This document shows positions 63,803-64,000 of a stretch of 64,000 nucleotides of DNA, one piece after another (position 1 is the stretch's first letter; each line of letters begins with the position of its first letter). The notes beneath the pieces are model-generated. The model saw nothing but the letters and a program-made list of their open reading frames with translations, did no database searches and was not told the DNA's origin. The position numbers were made by a program, and so were the translations under genes. The DNA is from Candidatus Aldehydirespirator sp. (GTDB lineage: Bacteria > Actinomycetota > Acidimicrobiia > Acidimicrobiales > Aldehydirespiratoraceae), in assembly GCA_965220645.1 (NCBI GenBank), contig OZ244836.1:2112237-2176236 (forward strand). The letters run 5' to 3'.

Positions 63803-64000
63803 TCAACGGGTGATTGCGTCCTCGCGGCGGGTGGTTAGCCAGGCGCTGAACAGCACGACTGCGGTCCCGGCCCACTGCAGTGGGTGGATGACTTCGGAGC
63901 GGAAGGTGATGCCCAGCACCATGGCGACGATGGGGATGAAGTAGATGGCCACACCGCCACGGGTTGCGCCCGCCCGGCCGACCAGCGCGGCCATGAGCAC
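63803..64000 (-). CDS. DMT/EamA-family transporter, C-terminal part (5' end outside window)
   Basis: ...IYFIPIVAMVLGITFRSEVIHPLQWAGTAVVLFSAWL... is a typical EamA C-terminal repeat. Confidence 0.6.
   Translation of the reverse strand: MLMAALVGRAGATRGGVAIYFIPIVAMVLGITFRSEVIHPLQWAGTAVVLFSAWLTTRREDAITR

Overview
High-GC chromosomal window that looks Actinomycetota-like. This is an inference from gene content: an F420-type LLM oxidoreductase, an SLH-domain protein, and the conserved block comEA-comEC-holA / rpsT / lepA-hrcA-dnaJ-rsmE followed by der. It carries two tRNAs (Ala-GGC, Pro-GGG), transporters and a catabolic cluster. I saw no rRNA genes and no CRISPR array. Three accessory or rearranged zones stand out. 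(1) 5.3-15.4 kb: an IS481-family element (TGT...ACA ends, 14-bp target duplication) abuts an 8.4-kb integrase-bearing island inserted in the 3' end of tRNA-Ala and bounded by an 18-bp direct repeat. The cargo is an N-terminally truncated HipA kinase, a class II Fic protein and a metallophosphoesterase. It also includes a visibly lower-GC islet with a 185-aa 3-TM protein, convergent with an operon of a small ORF plus two 136-aa ThsB/DUF1863-type TIR-like paralogs. No SIR2, SLOG or Macro effector is present. This is my best candidate for an undescribed Thoeris-like defence module. (2) 35-46.5 kb: a 2038-aa alpha-2-macroglobulin lipoprotein without a thioester motif. Its last 1.12 kb is repeated 5,240 bp downstream at about 97% identity, with mostly synonymous differences. 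The two copies bracket an IS481 relic, gene fragments and an acoX-like/E1-alpha/E1-beta/lipoyl-domain cluster. (3) Several structured tandem repeats: 69 bp x2 after dnaJ, 50 bp x3 across the stop codon of an amine oxidase, and 10-bp phased repeats at attR. There is also a perfect 30-bp palindrome inside the island. All calls come from reading the sequence and ORF translations; no database search was run.
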